This document shows, piece by piece, positions 39,160 through 51,779 of a stretch of DNA of 64,000 nt. The stretch is taken from assembly GCF_006345805.1 (NCBI RefSeq), contig NC_043013.1, forward strand, positions 29,078,001 through 29,142,000, given 5' to 3'. The number at the start of each line of letters is the position of its first letter. The first letter of the stretch is position 1. The position numbers were made by a program, and so were the translations under genes. The notes beneath the pieces are model-generated. The model was given only the letters and a program-made list of their open reading frames with translations, ran no database searches and was not told the origin of the DNA. The DNA comes from Octopus sinensis. Lineage: Eukaryota.

Positions 39160-39599
39160 TCGGACAAATTGACCCCTCGACTTATGCTTTGTAAACCTGG
39201 TACTTATTCTACCGGTCTCTTTTGCCGGATCGCTAAGTTACGGGAACGTAAACACACCAATATTGGTTGTCAAGCGATGGTGGGGGACAAACACAGGCAC
39301 AAACATACAAATATATACATATGTATATACGACGGGATTCTTTCAGTTTTCGTCTACCAAATCCACTTACAAGGCTTTGGTCGGTCCGAGGCTATAGTAG
39401 AAGACACTTGCCCGAGGTGCCACGCAAAGGGCCTAAAACCCGAACCATGTGGTTGGGAAGCAAGCTTCTTACCACACAGCCACGCCTGCGGCTATATATA
39501 TATATATATATATATATACATACATACATATGTAAATATATATATATATGTATACATACGCACACACACATATATGTGTGTGTGTGTAAGCGTATTTAT

Positions 39600-40800
39600 T
39601 AGATAATAAAACGTATGGTGTATTCCTGGTAGCTTACCAGTAATGTTCGTGGTGTATTTGGTTAATGAGAGACGGAAGATGAAAGATACGACAATTTTTA
39701 TTAACCACTACAGCTGTTTGACCCATCTAGCATCGATCCTCCCCGAGTGGGATACTTAACAACTGGTTTAGGAGCATCCATTGGTGTAGATGTGTCTCTT
39801 CGGGTGATAATCAGATATAAATCGTTAAAATAACGACAGTTCCGCAATGTATCTTCTCGGTTCGTGTAAAGAAAATCAGCAAATTAAAGGATATAGCTTC
39901 ATTCATATAGAAGTTCAATAATAAAAAATAACAGACGCCAAAAGAAACGAATACACAATAGTGAAGAAAGTATTAAATATAACCATTAACAGATATGGAT
40001 GTATAAACGTCCTACCATAGGTTGTATGGCAATGTACACTCGCGCATACAAACACAAAGATGTAAACATACGTCACGTGTGGTTTGGCGCACATATGTTC
40101 ACACAGCGAACTAAATAACCACTTGCTTATAAGAATGGGGAGTTAGAGCTAGATTTAATTCATCCATACCTTAAGGGGAATTATGATTTTTGATTATTGA
40201 TTAGGTTAATGATTTTTAGTCAAATTCATTCCCACTGCAAGTGCGAAAGTGCATTTATATACATGTAAGCATCTTGAGAGTCTTTCAGAAGTTCTATTAA
40301 TAATCTTCTCATTGATAGACATAGGATTCCTCGCAGCAGAGTCGGCATCTCCTGTAAATGATATTGTATGGTTTTCCATGCCTTATTATGGACCAAGTTA
40401 TGTTATACTTAATTTTTTCTTCCTTAAAAGTCACACAAAATCGGTCAAAGATGTTGAATGTCCCTTGTCGATTTTCTTGAAGTTGGTGACATGGTTGCGA
40501 TAACGATTCTTGAATGACACAGCCGTTGCCCCAATGTAAACATACGCTCCTCCACAGCACATTTATATATAAGATTTATACTCATACAGATGTTCATCAA
40601 TGGACATCTTGATTTTCCTCTGCATGCGCATTTATTACATTTAGTTGTATATATCTCAGTTCTGACTTCATTTTCAGACGTTGTTACCGTGTTAGCTATA
40701 TCCTTATTATTGCCACTAGCACGATGTGGCCGTATCGAGGGTTTTTCATTACCGTTTACATCTCCTTTCTCAGTATTTTGGTGTATATATGCTAGTTCAA
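39600..40800 (-). mobile_element. Penelope-like element 3' part: Cys-rich linker, GIY-YIG, and 3' region with HHR
   Basis: KCACRGKSRCPLMNICMSINLIYKCAV..YVYIGATAVSFKNRYRNHVTNF..ITWSII..CRLCCEES (about 40230-40640). Confidence 0.85.
39701..39810 (-). ncRNA. Degenerate type I hammerhead with long helix II
   Basis: UUAUCAC-CCGAAGA-GACACAUCUA..UAGAUGGGUC-AAA-CAGCUG-UA-GUGGUUAA; two core lesions. Confidence 0.65.
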
Positions 40801-41219
40801 GTAGGTGGGTTATTGAATTGTTTTATTTTACTATTTTACAACCATGTTATTTACATATATTTCATATATATTCATGTGTGCGTCCTTGTAACTTGGGAAT
40901 TCGGCAAAAGAAACCGATAGGATAAGTGACAGGGGTCGATTTGTTCGACTAAGCCCTTCTAGATGAAACCTCAGCATGATGTCAGTCAAAAGACCGAAAC
41001 AAATCAAAGATATAGGGGAGACGGGCTCATCAAACACGCTGTCTTACTGTGTCTCATCACACGTCCACCCCTCTACATACTTCCTCTAAGTTTTCCTCCC
41101 GAGAAAAACGGTCTTCTGAAGTCCCCAGTTCACCACTAACATTTTTTCCATTAACCTAAAAATGTTCCAACTCAACGCCAACTTCATCAATCTCACCAGT
41201 CTGGTAGAACATGTAACGT

Positions 41220-41768
41220 ACACACACATACACACACACACACACCCACACACACACACACAAACACAGACACACACACACAGACACACACACACACTCA
41301 CACACACACATGCACACAATCATATATATGAATATACATATATAATCATTGTTATATATACATATATCCATGTGTGTATGCATGTAAGTATGTATATATG
41401 TATGTATGTATTTGTATGTATGTATGTATGTAAGTATATATATATATATGCAAGAAATGCGTAGCTAAGTATGTGTCTATATATATATGTATAAAATATG
41501 CATTATGTAATTATGTATATATATATATATAAATATACGTGCATAAGCGGTTGTATATGTATATACACAAGCATACATACATACATATATATCTATATTA
41601 CACATATATATGTTTTTATGTGTGTGTATATTTCTATGTATGTGTGTATATATATATGTATATATGTATAAATATATATATGGATATAGATATATATATG
41701 TATATATATATGTGTGTGTGTGTGTGTATATATGTATACACACATACACATATATGCACACACACACA

Positions 41769-41813
<45 letters not shown>

Positions 41814-42164
41814 CACACACACACTTGCAGAAACAGAGATCTATATTCTTCTTGTTTATGTATGGGAGGTAATTAACATCGTCTGTGGCGAAGAGTTGAC
41901 ACTGCGTCCTTTCACTTGTGTCAGTCGGATATCAGAGAAGCTTGAATTCTGTGCATATTTAACAGAAATGCAACTGCACAACCATGTTATTTACATACAT
42001 CTGTATGTATGCATGTTATCTATACATACGTGTATGTATGTATGTGTGTGTGTGTGTATGTGTGTATGTGTGTGTGTGCGTGTGTTTGTGTGTGTGTATG
42101 TGTGTATGTGTGTATGTGTGTATGTGTGTATGTGTGTGTGTGTATATGTATATATATATATATA

Positions 42165-42197
<33 letters not shown>

Positions 42198-42433
42198 TTA
42201 TATATATGTGGGTGTATATATATATATATATGCATATATATGTGTTATATATATATACATGTATATATCTATAAATATGTATATATATGTACACATACAT
42301 ATATTTGTCTGTGTGTATATATATATGTTTGTGTGTTTATGTGTGTGTGTGTATATGTATATATATATAAATATGTGGACATATATATACATATATATAT
42401 ATGTATGTATAAATGCATGTATGTATATATATG

Positions 42434-42477
<44 letters not shown>

Positions 42478-42630
42478 GATATATATATACATACACATAC
42501 ACACAGACATATATACACGTGTGTGTTTGTCTGTGTATTTCTGTTGCCTGTCCCAGTTTTTCTCCGTCTCACTTTCTCTTCCTCTTTCTGTCACTCTCAC
42601 TCTCCCTCTGTCTGTCTGTCTGTCTGTCTG

Positions 42631-42718
<88 letters not shown>

Positions 42719-42972
42719 GCAAGCGTGTACGTTTGGATGTATAGAAGAGTATATGCATGTGTGTATGTATATATAAATATGTGTGTGCATATACTTGTTA
42801 AGGGCAGGGAGACAGACATGAAATGCACAAACACACACACCACACACACACCACACACACACACCACACACACACACAGAGAACTATATACGTTTAGATG
42901 TGTGAACGGATAATGTATGCATGTATACATGCGCCCACTCTATACATAGTAAGCTTTAGATGTATAAGCAAG

Positions 42973-43038
<66 letters not shown>

Positions 43039-43047
43039 GTGTGTGTG

Positions 43048-43087
<40 letters not shown>

Positions 43088-43140
43088 TATATATATGTTT
43101 GTATATGTATATTCAAACATACCTACACACAGTTACACCT

Positions 43141-43171
<31 letters not shown>

Positions 43172-43544
43172 CATATTTCCCCTTCCGCTGCAGCAATATA
43201 TGCAGTTGCGTCTCAACCGCACATTATTGCTTAGCTGCAATGATTGTCTGACCTAGTAAACCAATTTTTCAAAGGCTTTTCTGTTTGGCCAAGCTTATAT
43301 TTTCTAAAGATCAAGTTTAATTTAGGCGGGTTCCACTTTGTAGAACGTTGACCTGCGGATTACAAGGCCTCGACTGTGTGCAAAACACAGTCGCCGCTAC
43401 TTCCTTTCGCTTTTACCGTTTGGCCTGTGAGAATCTCGTTTCCTATGCATGTGTGTTAGGAAATGCATCTGTCTCTTCAAATACATTATTTTCCCGTGAG
43501 CGCTTAAGTTTAATCCAGTGTGCATGTGTGTGTGTGTGGGGGGG

Positions 43545-43585
<41 letters not shown>

Positions 43586-44224
43586 TGTGTTTGTGTGTGT
43601 ATGTGTGTTTGTGAGATTATGTATGTGTGTGTGTGTGTGTGTATTTGTGTGTGTGTTTGTGTGTGTGCGTGGGTTTGTGTGTGTATGTGTGTGTTTGTGT
43701 GTGTGTGTGTGTTTGTGTGTGTTTGTGTGTGTGTGTGGGTTTGTGTGTGTATGTACGTGTTTGTGTATGCGTGTGTGTTTGTGTGTGTGTATGTGTGTTT
43801 GTATGTTTGTGAGAGTATGTCTGTGTGTGTATTTGTGTATGTTTTTGTTGTGTGTGTTTGTGTTTGTGTTTTTGTGTGTGTGTGTGTGTGTGTGTTTGCA
43901 GGCATTTATGCGTTTATATAAGTATGTGCTTGTTGGCACGTATGTGTTTGCCTGTGTGTGTGTTGTGTATGTGTGTGTATGTTTATGTGTAGGCATGTAT
44001 GTGCTTTTTGTGCATTTGTGTGTGTGTGTGTGTGTGTATTGTGTATGTGTGTGCGCTTTTATGTACATTTCTGTGTGTGTATGTTTGCGTGCGTGTTTAT
44101 GTGCATTTGTGTTTCTTTCTGTGTGTTCGTACGTGCATTTGTGCATGTGTGTATGTGTCTATGTGCATTTGTAAGTGCTTGCATATGTATGTATGCTAAT
44201 GTGTGGTTTTATGCATCGTGCATT

Positions 44225-44277
<53 letters not shown>

Positions 44278-44296
44278 GTGTGTGTGTGTGTGTGTG

Positions 44297-44330
<34 letters not shown>

Positions 44331-44335
44331 GTGTG
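41220..44335. repeat. ~3 kb compound (CA/TG)n, (TA)n and (GA)n microsatellite field
   Basis: Direct reading; short unique islands at about 41825-41990 and 43175-43520. Confidence 0.95.
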
Positions 44336-44455
44336 TAGATAAGTAGACAGATAGACAAACAGATATGGAAAAATTGGGACATTGACCCAGACAGAAAAAA
44401 AGAGAATGAACAAGAACGATAAAAAGGACAGATGCAGTTTCTCCTTATGCATTTC

Positions 44456-44506
<51 letters not shown>

Positions 44507-45257
44507 AATGCCGGAGACCTTGACTTTGAAATACCCAAATTTAGTTCCATGTGTATTACTATGTATGGAGTCGTATTGCATGGTGGGTCTGAAAAAACAA
44601 CTTTTTCTTCTTTTCATTTAAGACATTGAGTTGTCAACAAACAAAATGAGTGCTAAATTGAGCGATGACATAAACTCCGAAAACGTGGCGTGTTTAAGTT
44701 TAAATGTTAAATTCTTGTCTAACGGTTTTGTTGCTTTTGCTTTTTGAAACAAAATATGAAAATTTGTTCGTATCTTGAGCTCCGTGTGTTCATGTGTGGT
44801 GGTTCGTGCATGTGTGTGCATATTTATATTTGAAAATTTTTGCAAAACATACTTGATACAGTCACGATATTTGTAGAAAAAAATTTGTTAGAAATTATAA
44901 ATTATATAAAAAAAGAACCATCTTAGAAAAAGAGAACGACACGAACGCTTTCGGATGAAGATTCAGCGTTGTGTATATGCGCTTTCTTGGTTCAGTTTTT
45001 CAAATACACGTGTTATGAGGGTAATCTATACAGATTACCTTATAACACGTCTATGTGAAAAAGTGACCAACGAAAGCATTCTTTAAATAGGTGCAGGCGT
45101 GGCTGTTTGGTAAGAAGTTTTTTTCCAACCACAGGATTCCGGGTTCACTCCCACTGCATGACATCTTGAGCAAATGTCTTTTAGTATAGCCCCGGGCTGA
45201 CCAAAGTCTTGTGAGTAGATTTTGATAGACAGAAAGTGAAAGAAGCCCATTGTGTAT

Positions 45258-45295
<38 letters not shown>

Positions 45296-45506
45296 TGTGT
45301 GTGTGTGTGTGTGTCTGTGTGTGTATGTGCGTGTGTACATATGCATGCTTATATATCTGCGTGTGTCTGTCTTTGTGCTTGTCCCCCACCACAAGCAGTG
45401 CTGGTGTGTTTACGTCCTCCGTAACTTTGCGGTTCGGCAAAAGGAACTTGTAGAATCAGTACCAACCTTAAAAAGAAAATAAGTACTGGGGTCAATATGC
45501 CCTCAC

Positions 45507-45590
45507 GGGCATATGGCGTAGTAGTTAAGAGCGTGGGGCTACTAACCCCAAGATTCCGAGTTCGATTCCAGGTAGTGACCTGAATAATAA

Positions 45591-45646
<56 letters not shown>

Positions 45647-45805
45647 GCAACATCGAAAAATACCTTAGAAATGAGAACCCAGGTTCAAAATCTCCCCAAG
45701 ACACCTGATGAAGGCTGGAGGGTGTATCAGCCAAAACGTTGTGTTAGCAACAAACAAGATGAGGACAAATATCCGTCAATTGTAAATAAACTAAATAATG
45801 TATGT
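45507..45805 (+). mobile_element. tRNA-headed SINE with (AAT)n spacer and HHR-bearing tail
   Basis: A box TGGCGTAGTAG, B box AGTTCGATTCC; HHR at 45700-45745. Confidence 0.7.
45700..45745 (+). ncRNA. Minimal type I hammerhead (GAAA mutated to AAAA)
   Basis: ACAC-CUGAUGA-A-GGCUG..CAGCC-AAAA-CG-UU-GUGU. Confidence 0.7.
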
Positions 45806-46138
45806 TCCCTCTTGTTTTAAGAGAATAGGGAACAATTTAAAGGGAATCGCTTGCTATTTCTAGCAGACTGAGGCACCAAGTAGCAGTTCCCCCATTGGCT
45901 TGTTGTTTCTGCTGCTGGTTTTGGTGTTGTTGTTGTTGGTGGTGGTCGTCGTCTATATATATATATATATATATATAGTTGAAATTTATAGAAAAACAAA
46001 GACGAAGACAGGTGTAGGAACAACAAGCAAGTATATTAGTTTGACACTCAGGAAAAATGGAGTCTTTCGCGTTTCGAGCCTATGCTCTTTGAGGAAATAA
46101 ATAGAGAGAGAATGAAAAAAGTGTTAAGTTCAGTGATC

Positions 46139-46178
<40 letters not shown>

Positions 46179-46190
46179 TATATATACACA

Positions 46191-46416
46191 CACGATGGAG
46201 TGCTGAAAAGTTCCGGGCTTTAAGGGTGTCGCGAAAGGCCTGGTTGGTGGGAGGCACAACCTTCCGTGTTCTTTTACAGGGATTAGGAAAATTGAAGGAC
46301 CACTGATTCATAAGTGCGTGAATCTGAGAGGGAAATACGTTGAATAAAATCGTAATTAACTGATCCTCCTGTATTTTCTTTTACCCAAAGCCAGGAACTT
46401 TTCCGCCACTCCTCAT
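46191..46416 (+). mobile_element. Mariner-derived MITE
   Basis: TIRs GAGTGCTGAAAAGTTCCGGGCTTT / AAAGCCAGGAACTTTTCCGCCACTC; transposase end KCVNLRGKYVE*; second copy at 62632-62843. Confidence 0.8.
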
Positions 46417-46799
46417 ATATATATGTGTGTGTGTGTGTGAGTGTGTGTGTGTATGTGCGAGATTAAATAATGATAAATAATTGTTTCAAATGTAGGCAGA
46501 AGGCCAGCAATTTTAAGAGAGGGGTTTACACAATTGCATCGACCCCAGTACTTGTCTGGTACTTACTTAATCGAACCTCAAAAGAATGAAAATCAAGATT
46601 TGAAATCAGAACGTAAAAACCAGAAGAAATACTGCAAAGCATATTATTTGCCAACAGAATGTGGCGGTCTTATAAAGGACGATGTTATTGTTGGTTAAGC
46701 CCCAGGAAAACATCTATTCCAGCTGGCTATCGACACAGTCTATGTCCTTATAGTGTTTGCAAGGGAGGCTATCGTTCCCATCTCTAGTCTCACGCGATA

Positions 46800-46845
46800 C
46801 TCACAGATCATGGTTTCTGAGTGTATACCCGTTCCTCAGTGTGAG
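46800..46845 (-). ncRNA. Minimal type I hammerhead in a repeat (about 46660-46880)
   Basis: CUCACA-CUGAGGA-ACGGGUAUACACUCA-GAAA-CCAUGA-UC-UGUGAG; 6-bp helix I, eroded helix II. Confidence 0.65.
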
Positions 46846-47977
46846 ACAATCACTGGCTGTTGGTGAAAGCTTTCTCCACTCGCAAATACTATATATTCTT
46901 TAAGCGACACACAGCCGCTGATCTCGTATATAGAAAAGCAACTTGTTTCAAACCTCGCAAACGTCAATGAACGAACGAAAGGGCCTGTAAGTGGAACTAG
47001 AACTGTTAGAAATAGCAGCCAGATATAACTTAAGTCATATGTCACTGCCTTAAAAAAAGCGAAAGTCCCATTCGATGGTGTAATGCTAGAATTACTAGGC
47101 ATGAAAAAAGATGGTAAATACCTGCCTGAGATACCTCTCAACATAAGTCGGTTCGGTAATGGCTGACCTGGGGTTAAACAACAGCAACATGAATCACAAC
47201 AACAATAGTAATAGCGATACGAAGAAAAGCATAACGTTTTATTTAATTCAGTAAGTTTCCTATTGATATTATTGATTGCGAGAATGATTATGCAGTTTAA
47301 GCATCAAATTACCCCACTTACAAACATAGTTGTAGTGGTGGTGGTGGTAGTGGTGATAGTAGTAGTAGTAGTAGTAGAAGTAGTAGTAGTAGTAGTAGTA
47401 GTTGTAGTTGCTAGTGATGTCGTTGCCCGCGGTTAGCTCTGATCAAGTAGGATCGGGGCTGTGATCGAAAGACATTTCAGGCAGATGACTATCCCATTAT
47501 TTTTTGTATGTTCAGAATCTCATTGTACAAAGCTTATCGTCATTTCCTTTCTTCTCTTAAAGACTACGTGAAATTCGAAAGAGATCTGGTTACTTTTTCA
47601 AGCCGGTCAATGGCCACGGATAGCAGAAGTTGGAAACTGCTTTTAGCGCCAAGGACAAATGCTTAGTACACAAGCACTCGCTGGGTGCAAATGTACTGAG
47701 AAAAATAATGAATCATTAGTTTTGTAAATTTACGAGTATAAAACTAATTAAATTACTGTTTTGATAATTAGGAATTAACCGATATTATTCAAAGAGATTT
47801 TAGTGACTTCGCGTCAGTGGGCGTTTTCAAGTTTGAGGGCTGATGAAACTGTCCCCTGGGGTCCCCTTTTTTGGTAAGTTTTTTAGCCTTGTAAGGAAGA
47901 GCACCGAAGAGAGCAAGAAAAAAGGTCTCGACAAACCGAGGCAGTGAAAAGCGGTTTAAACGTTTTTGTTAAATTTG

Positions 47978-48199
47978 CAGTAACCCCTCGACTATCGCGG
48001 GTGTTATGTTCCAAAACCTCCCACAGAAATAATTAAAATTAAAAAAAATATATAAATACCTATCGGCCGCAGAAACCCGCGATATGCTGAGGATTCTGCG
48101 ATACAAACTTACATATATTAGGCAGAAAAATGCGCGATAGGTGACCCGCGATGTATCAAGTATGCGATAAGTGAACCGCGATATGGTGAGGGATTACCG
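47978..48199. mobile_element. pogo/Tigger-type MITE
   Basis: TIRs CAGTAACCCCTCGACTATCGCGG / CCGCGATATGGTGAGGGATTACCG-TA; internal CCGCGAT repeats. Confidence 0.75.
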
Positions 48200-48699
48200 T
48201 ATTTAATTTTGCTAGAGGCATTTAATGTCTTTGGGAAGGATATCGACGCTACAATTCCTTCCTTTAACAGAAAACATAAAACAGTGCTGTGGGCTTTAGT
48301 GCTTTGGGGCTTTAGAAATGGCTAACATAATACAGAACAATAGGTCCAACTTGCTTTAGTTTTCACTCCTTAAAGGTCTTATTCCAAATTTCATTCAAAC
48401 TCTAAGGATTTAAGGTGAGAAATCATTGGTGAGTTTCGAACAAAATAATGACCTATAATGTTCAGTTATGTCTCTTCACCTTCTGAGTTCAAACCTCGCT
48501 AACCTCAACTTCGTCCTTTACCCATTTACCTTATTGAGGGTACTTAATATACTGTTGCCGATTTTGTTGCCTCTTCTCAGTCCCACAAAATATCATCGCC
48601 AGGATTTGAATTCAGAACGTAAAAATACAGAATACCGCGTGACATTTTGTGCGACGCCCTGACATTTCTGCCATCCTGCCATCCTTTTATGCTCTAGCT

Positions 48700-50186
48700 C
48701 AGTGGTTTTCAACCAGGGCCCTATGACCATTCGGGGGACAATTTAAAATTTTCGTATTAAAATTCATGAGCAATAAGTTGGTTATATTTCTATCATACAC
48801 AAGATATTTTAATTTTTTTATACAATTCCTAATGTTTAATTATTTATAATACATTAAAAGTTAATTTGAATTTCGCTTGCTTGCTTGCTTGCAATGTTAC
48901 CCAGGCAAACTGGCGCACAATGGGAAAATACTATGAATTAAAGTAATGACTTTTTGCTAACATGATGTGGCAGTCCTAGGATAGGACGAATGTTACTGTT
49001 ATTTAACCCCAGAGAACATCGTTTCCAACTGGCTATTCGACACAAAAAATTCTGTGTCCTTATATTTTCCAACAGGAGAGATCAGCACCTCCACCCAGCA
49101 CAATTTCGGTCCACGGACCGGTTTCTGGGTTATTGCTCTCTATCAGCGTGATTAGCTTGTTTGGTTAGATGTAGCTACTGAACAGCTGTCGAAAATATAT
49201 AGATTTCAAAGTGACACATAGTCACTGATCTACAAAATAGAAATATTATCATTTCTAAAGAGAGATATACAGTAATAGCACCATAAAGTAATAACTTAAG
49301 TTTACCCTGAAATGTTAATACGAACGGAATAAAACAAGTTTCGAGTAAATCGGAGCAGTAGTTATTGAGATATTCAGGGTTTGGGGGGTATAAATACCCA
49401 AAACAGTTCATAATGGGAAAATGTTTCGAATATAACTTCATCCCAAAAGGGAAGAAACTCTAACCTTTCGATTAGACAGTAATTTGACAACGAAAAAATA
49501 CGATTTTTTTTTACAGTAAATGTTTCTATTTTCGCTTTTGTTAAGCACAATATTTTAATCATTAACAAATATTTTTAAGTGAATGTGATTTCAAAATGTA
49601 AGTTGTTTGTACAGTAAGTATTTGTATTTTAGCTTTCTTTAAACAAACTATATTTCAATGCTTTTAAAATATTTTTGGCAAATTAAAAAAATATTTTAAA
49701 CTGAAAATGACTTTAAAAATACGGTAAATATTTCGTAGAAGACCCTTTCATAACCTCGGTGGGAAGTAGTTTTTTTCGAGTGCATTCAACGTACCTCACC
49801 TCCAAAGATTTTGCTGTTATTTCCAGCACGTTTTGCTACCACGTAACAGCTATTTGCGATTAAGGACCCGAAATACTTGTTACATGGTAGCAGAGCGTGC
49901 AAGAAATAGCAGCCAAATCTTTCCTTTTCTGGGGAAAGGAGCCGTTTACGCGTGATTTCGATGTCACATTCGTTGAAAGCATGCGAAATAACCTGAAAAA
50001 TAAAAAAGGACCCATAAAACAAAACTCCGTTGCTGTGAAACTCAGAGTTTCCCGGTGACCCAACGAGCCACGTAAAAATATAATAAGATCTTTTTTTTAA
50101 ACCTCGTATGGTTATGGGGGTGGGGGTCCAACAGTGTAAAATAGGAATCAAATGGGTCCATAGAAAAGTATGGTTGAGAAACATTG
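48700..50186. mobile_element. hAT (Charlie/Buster-type) element with about 1.2 kb of nested or captured sequence
   Basis: TIRs CAGTGGTTTTCAACC / GGTTGAGAAACATTG; imperfect 8-bp TSD CTCTAGCT / CTCTAAAT with central TA. Confidence 0.6.
49111..49151 (-). ncRNA. Minimal type I hammerhead variant in a repeat related to 46660-46880
   Basis: UCACG-CUGAUAGA-GAGCAAUAACCCA-GAAA-CCGG-UC-CGUGG; palindromic helix III ACCGGU. Confidence 0.6.
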
Positions 50187-50388
50187 CTCTAAATTTAAAT
50201 TATCCCAGAGCTGACGGATCAAATCTTCCATTTAAGAACGGGAACGGATCCACACAGAAAGATTCCACACAGTTTCCGTTTATCAAATTTTTTGCTCACA
50301 ATCTCGGAACCATGATAGAAGACGCTTGCCCAGAGTGTCGAGCATTATAAAGGCGCCGGCCTAAATTATCTTCGATCAATCTCTCCAC

Positions 50389-50640
50389 GTGGAGGCACGT
50401 GGCTTAGTGGTTAGGGTGCTGGACTCATGATCGTAAGATTGTGGTTTCGATTCCTGGATCGAGTGATGCGTTGTGTTCTCGGGCAAAGCATTTCATGTCA
50501 CATTGTTCCAGTTCACTCAGCGGGCAAAAATGAGTAATCCTGCGACGGACCAGCGTCCCATCCAGGTGAGGAATATATACTCCACAAAAATGGGAAACCA
50601 GCTCTTATGAGTCTACATGACTCAAGAAGAGGCTTTATCC
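50389..50640 (+). mobile_element. tRNA-derived SINE with V-domain-like block
   Basis: A box TGGCTTAGTGG, B box GTTTCGATTCC; CCTGCGACGGACCAGCGTCCCATCCAGG block. Confidence 0.7.
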
Positions 50641-51779
50641 ATTATCCAATCTCGCCACAGCTGATGTCAAATTCTTTTTTGAACTTAAAACATATTATAG
50701 CCAATGTGAAAAATCAATTATTTTCTCTGACAGAGAACACGTGGATGTCACAAGCGACGCTGTGTCGTTGCATCTCTCTCTACGTCGTTCTGAATATAAA
50801 TCTCAGTTAGCTAAAAAGTAACTGATTCAATATTGCTGGGGAAAAAGTGAAAACGAGCGAAATGAAGGAGATATCAATATTTAGAGAGTCAAAAAGTTAA
50901 AGGACATTTCAGGTTTAAAGCTTTAAAAAGAAAACTAAAGTCTATTTATTAAGGTGCACTATAAAGAAAAATTGATATTATTAGGTCAGTCATGAGTCCC
51001 AGGATTCATAAGGCTGGGGTTTCATTCGATTTTCATAATGTATAAGTGACTGAAATGATAACACTCCCCCTGAACAGGACGCTATGCTTTTGCAGAGTTA
51101 ACTTTCCAGTTGTTGATGGAACTCATTTACAGCTGAATGGACAGAAACATGGTGAAATGAAGTGTCTTGCTCAAGAAGAACGCAGTGCACTGCACTACCT
51201 GGTCCGGGAAGTTCATGAATACAATGCCCTAACCTAACCATGCGCCTCCACAATATTGATTTCAAATTTTGGCACAAGGCCAGCAGTTTCGGAGGAAGGG
51301 AAGGAGGGGTAAGTGGATTGCATTAACCCCAGTGTTCAACTGGTACTTATTTTATCAACCCAGAAAGGACGAAAGGCAAAGTGGACTTCGGCGGAATTTG
51401 AATCCAAAATAGTAAGGACGGACGATATGCCGCTAAGTTCTTTGTCCGGCGTGCAAACGATTTTGTCTGCACGACGCCTAACGGCTTCATAGTATTATTA
51501 GGTTAATGCTTAGCAGTATTTCACTTGTCGCTATGCTCTGAGTTCAATTTCCGCCGAGGTCGACTTTGCCTTTTATCCTTTCGAGGCCGATAAATTTAGC
51601 ACAAGTTGGGTACTGGGGTCGATCTAATCGACAGGCCTTGTGCCTATAGTAGAAAGGATTATTAGGTTAATGTAAGAATAACGGCGTATTTTAACCATGA
51701 AATTCAACGCAATATATTTGAGAGCAGAATAAATTTTATTAGATTTTATACACATTTTTATTAGATTTTATTAGATTTT

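Noticed and set aside
41086-44629. Many YI/CV/HT ORFs (also near 545-2019, 12451, 18402)
   Set aside because: Translations of (TA)n and (CA)n repeats.
46836-47144. 102-aa ORF
   Set aside because: Overlaps repeat-derived motifs (TGGCTGCTATTTCTA and the HHR repeat); no recognisable domain.
47839-47870. Isolated CTGATGA (also near 55284)
   Set aside because: No correctly placed helix II, GAAA and UH.
48917-48932. GCACAATGGG as a Transib/RSS-like terminus
   Set aside because: No matching opposite end or 5-bp TSD found.
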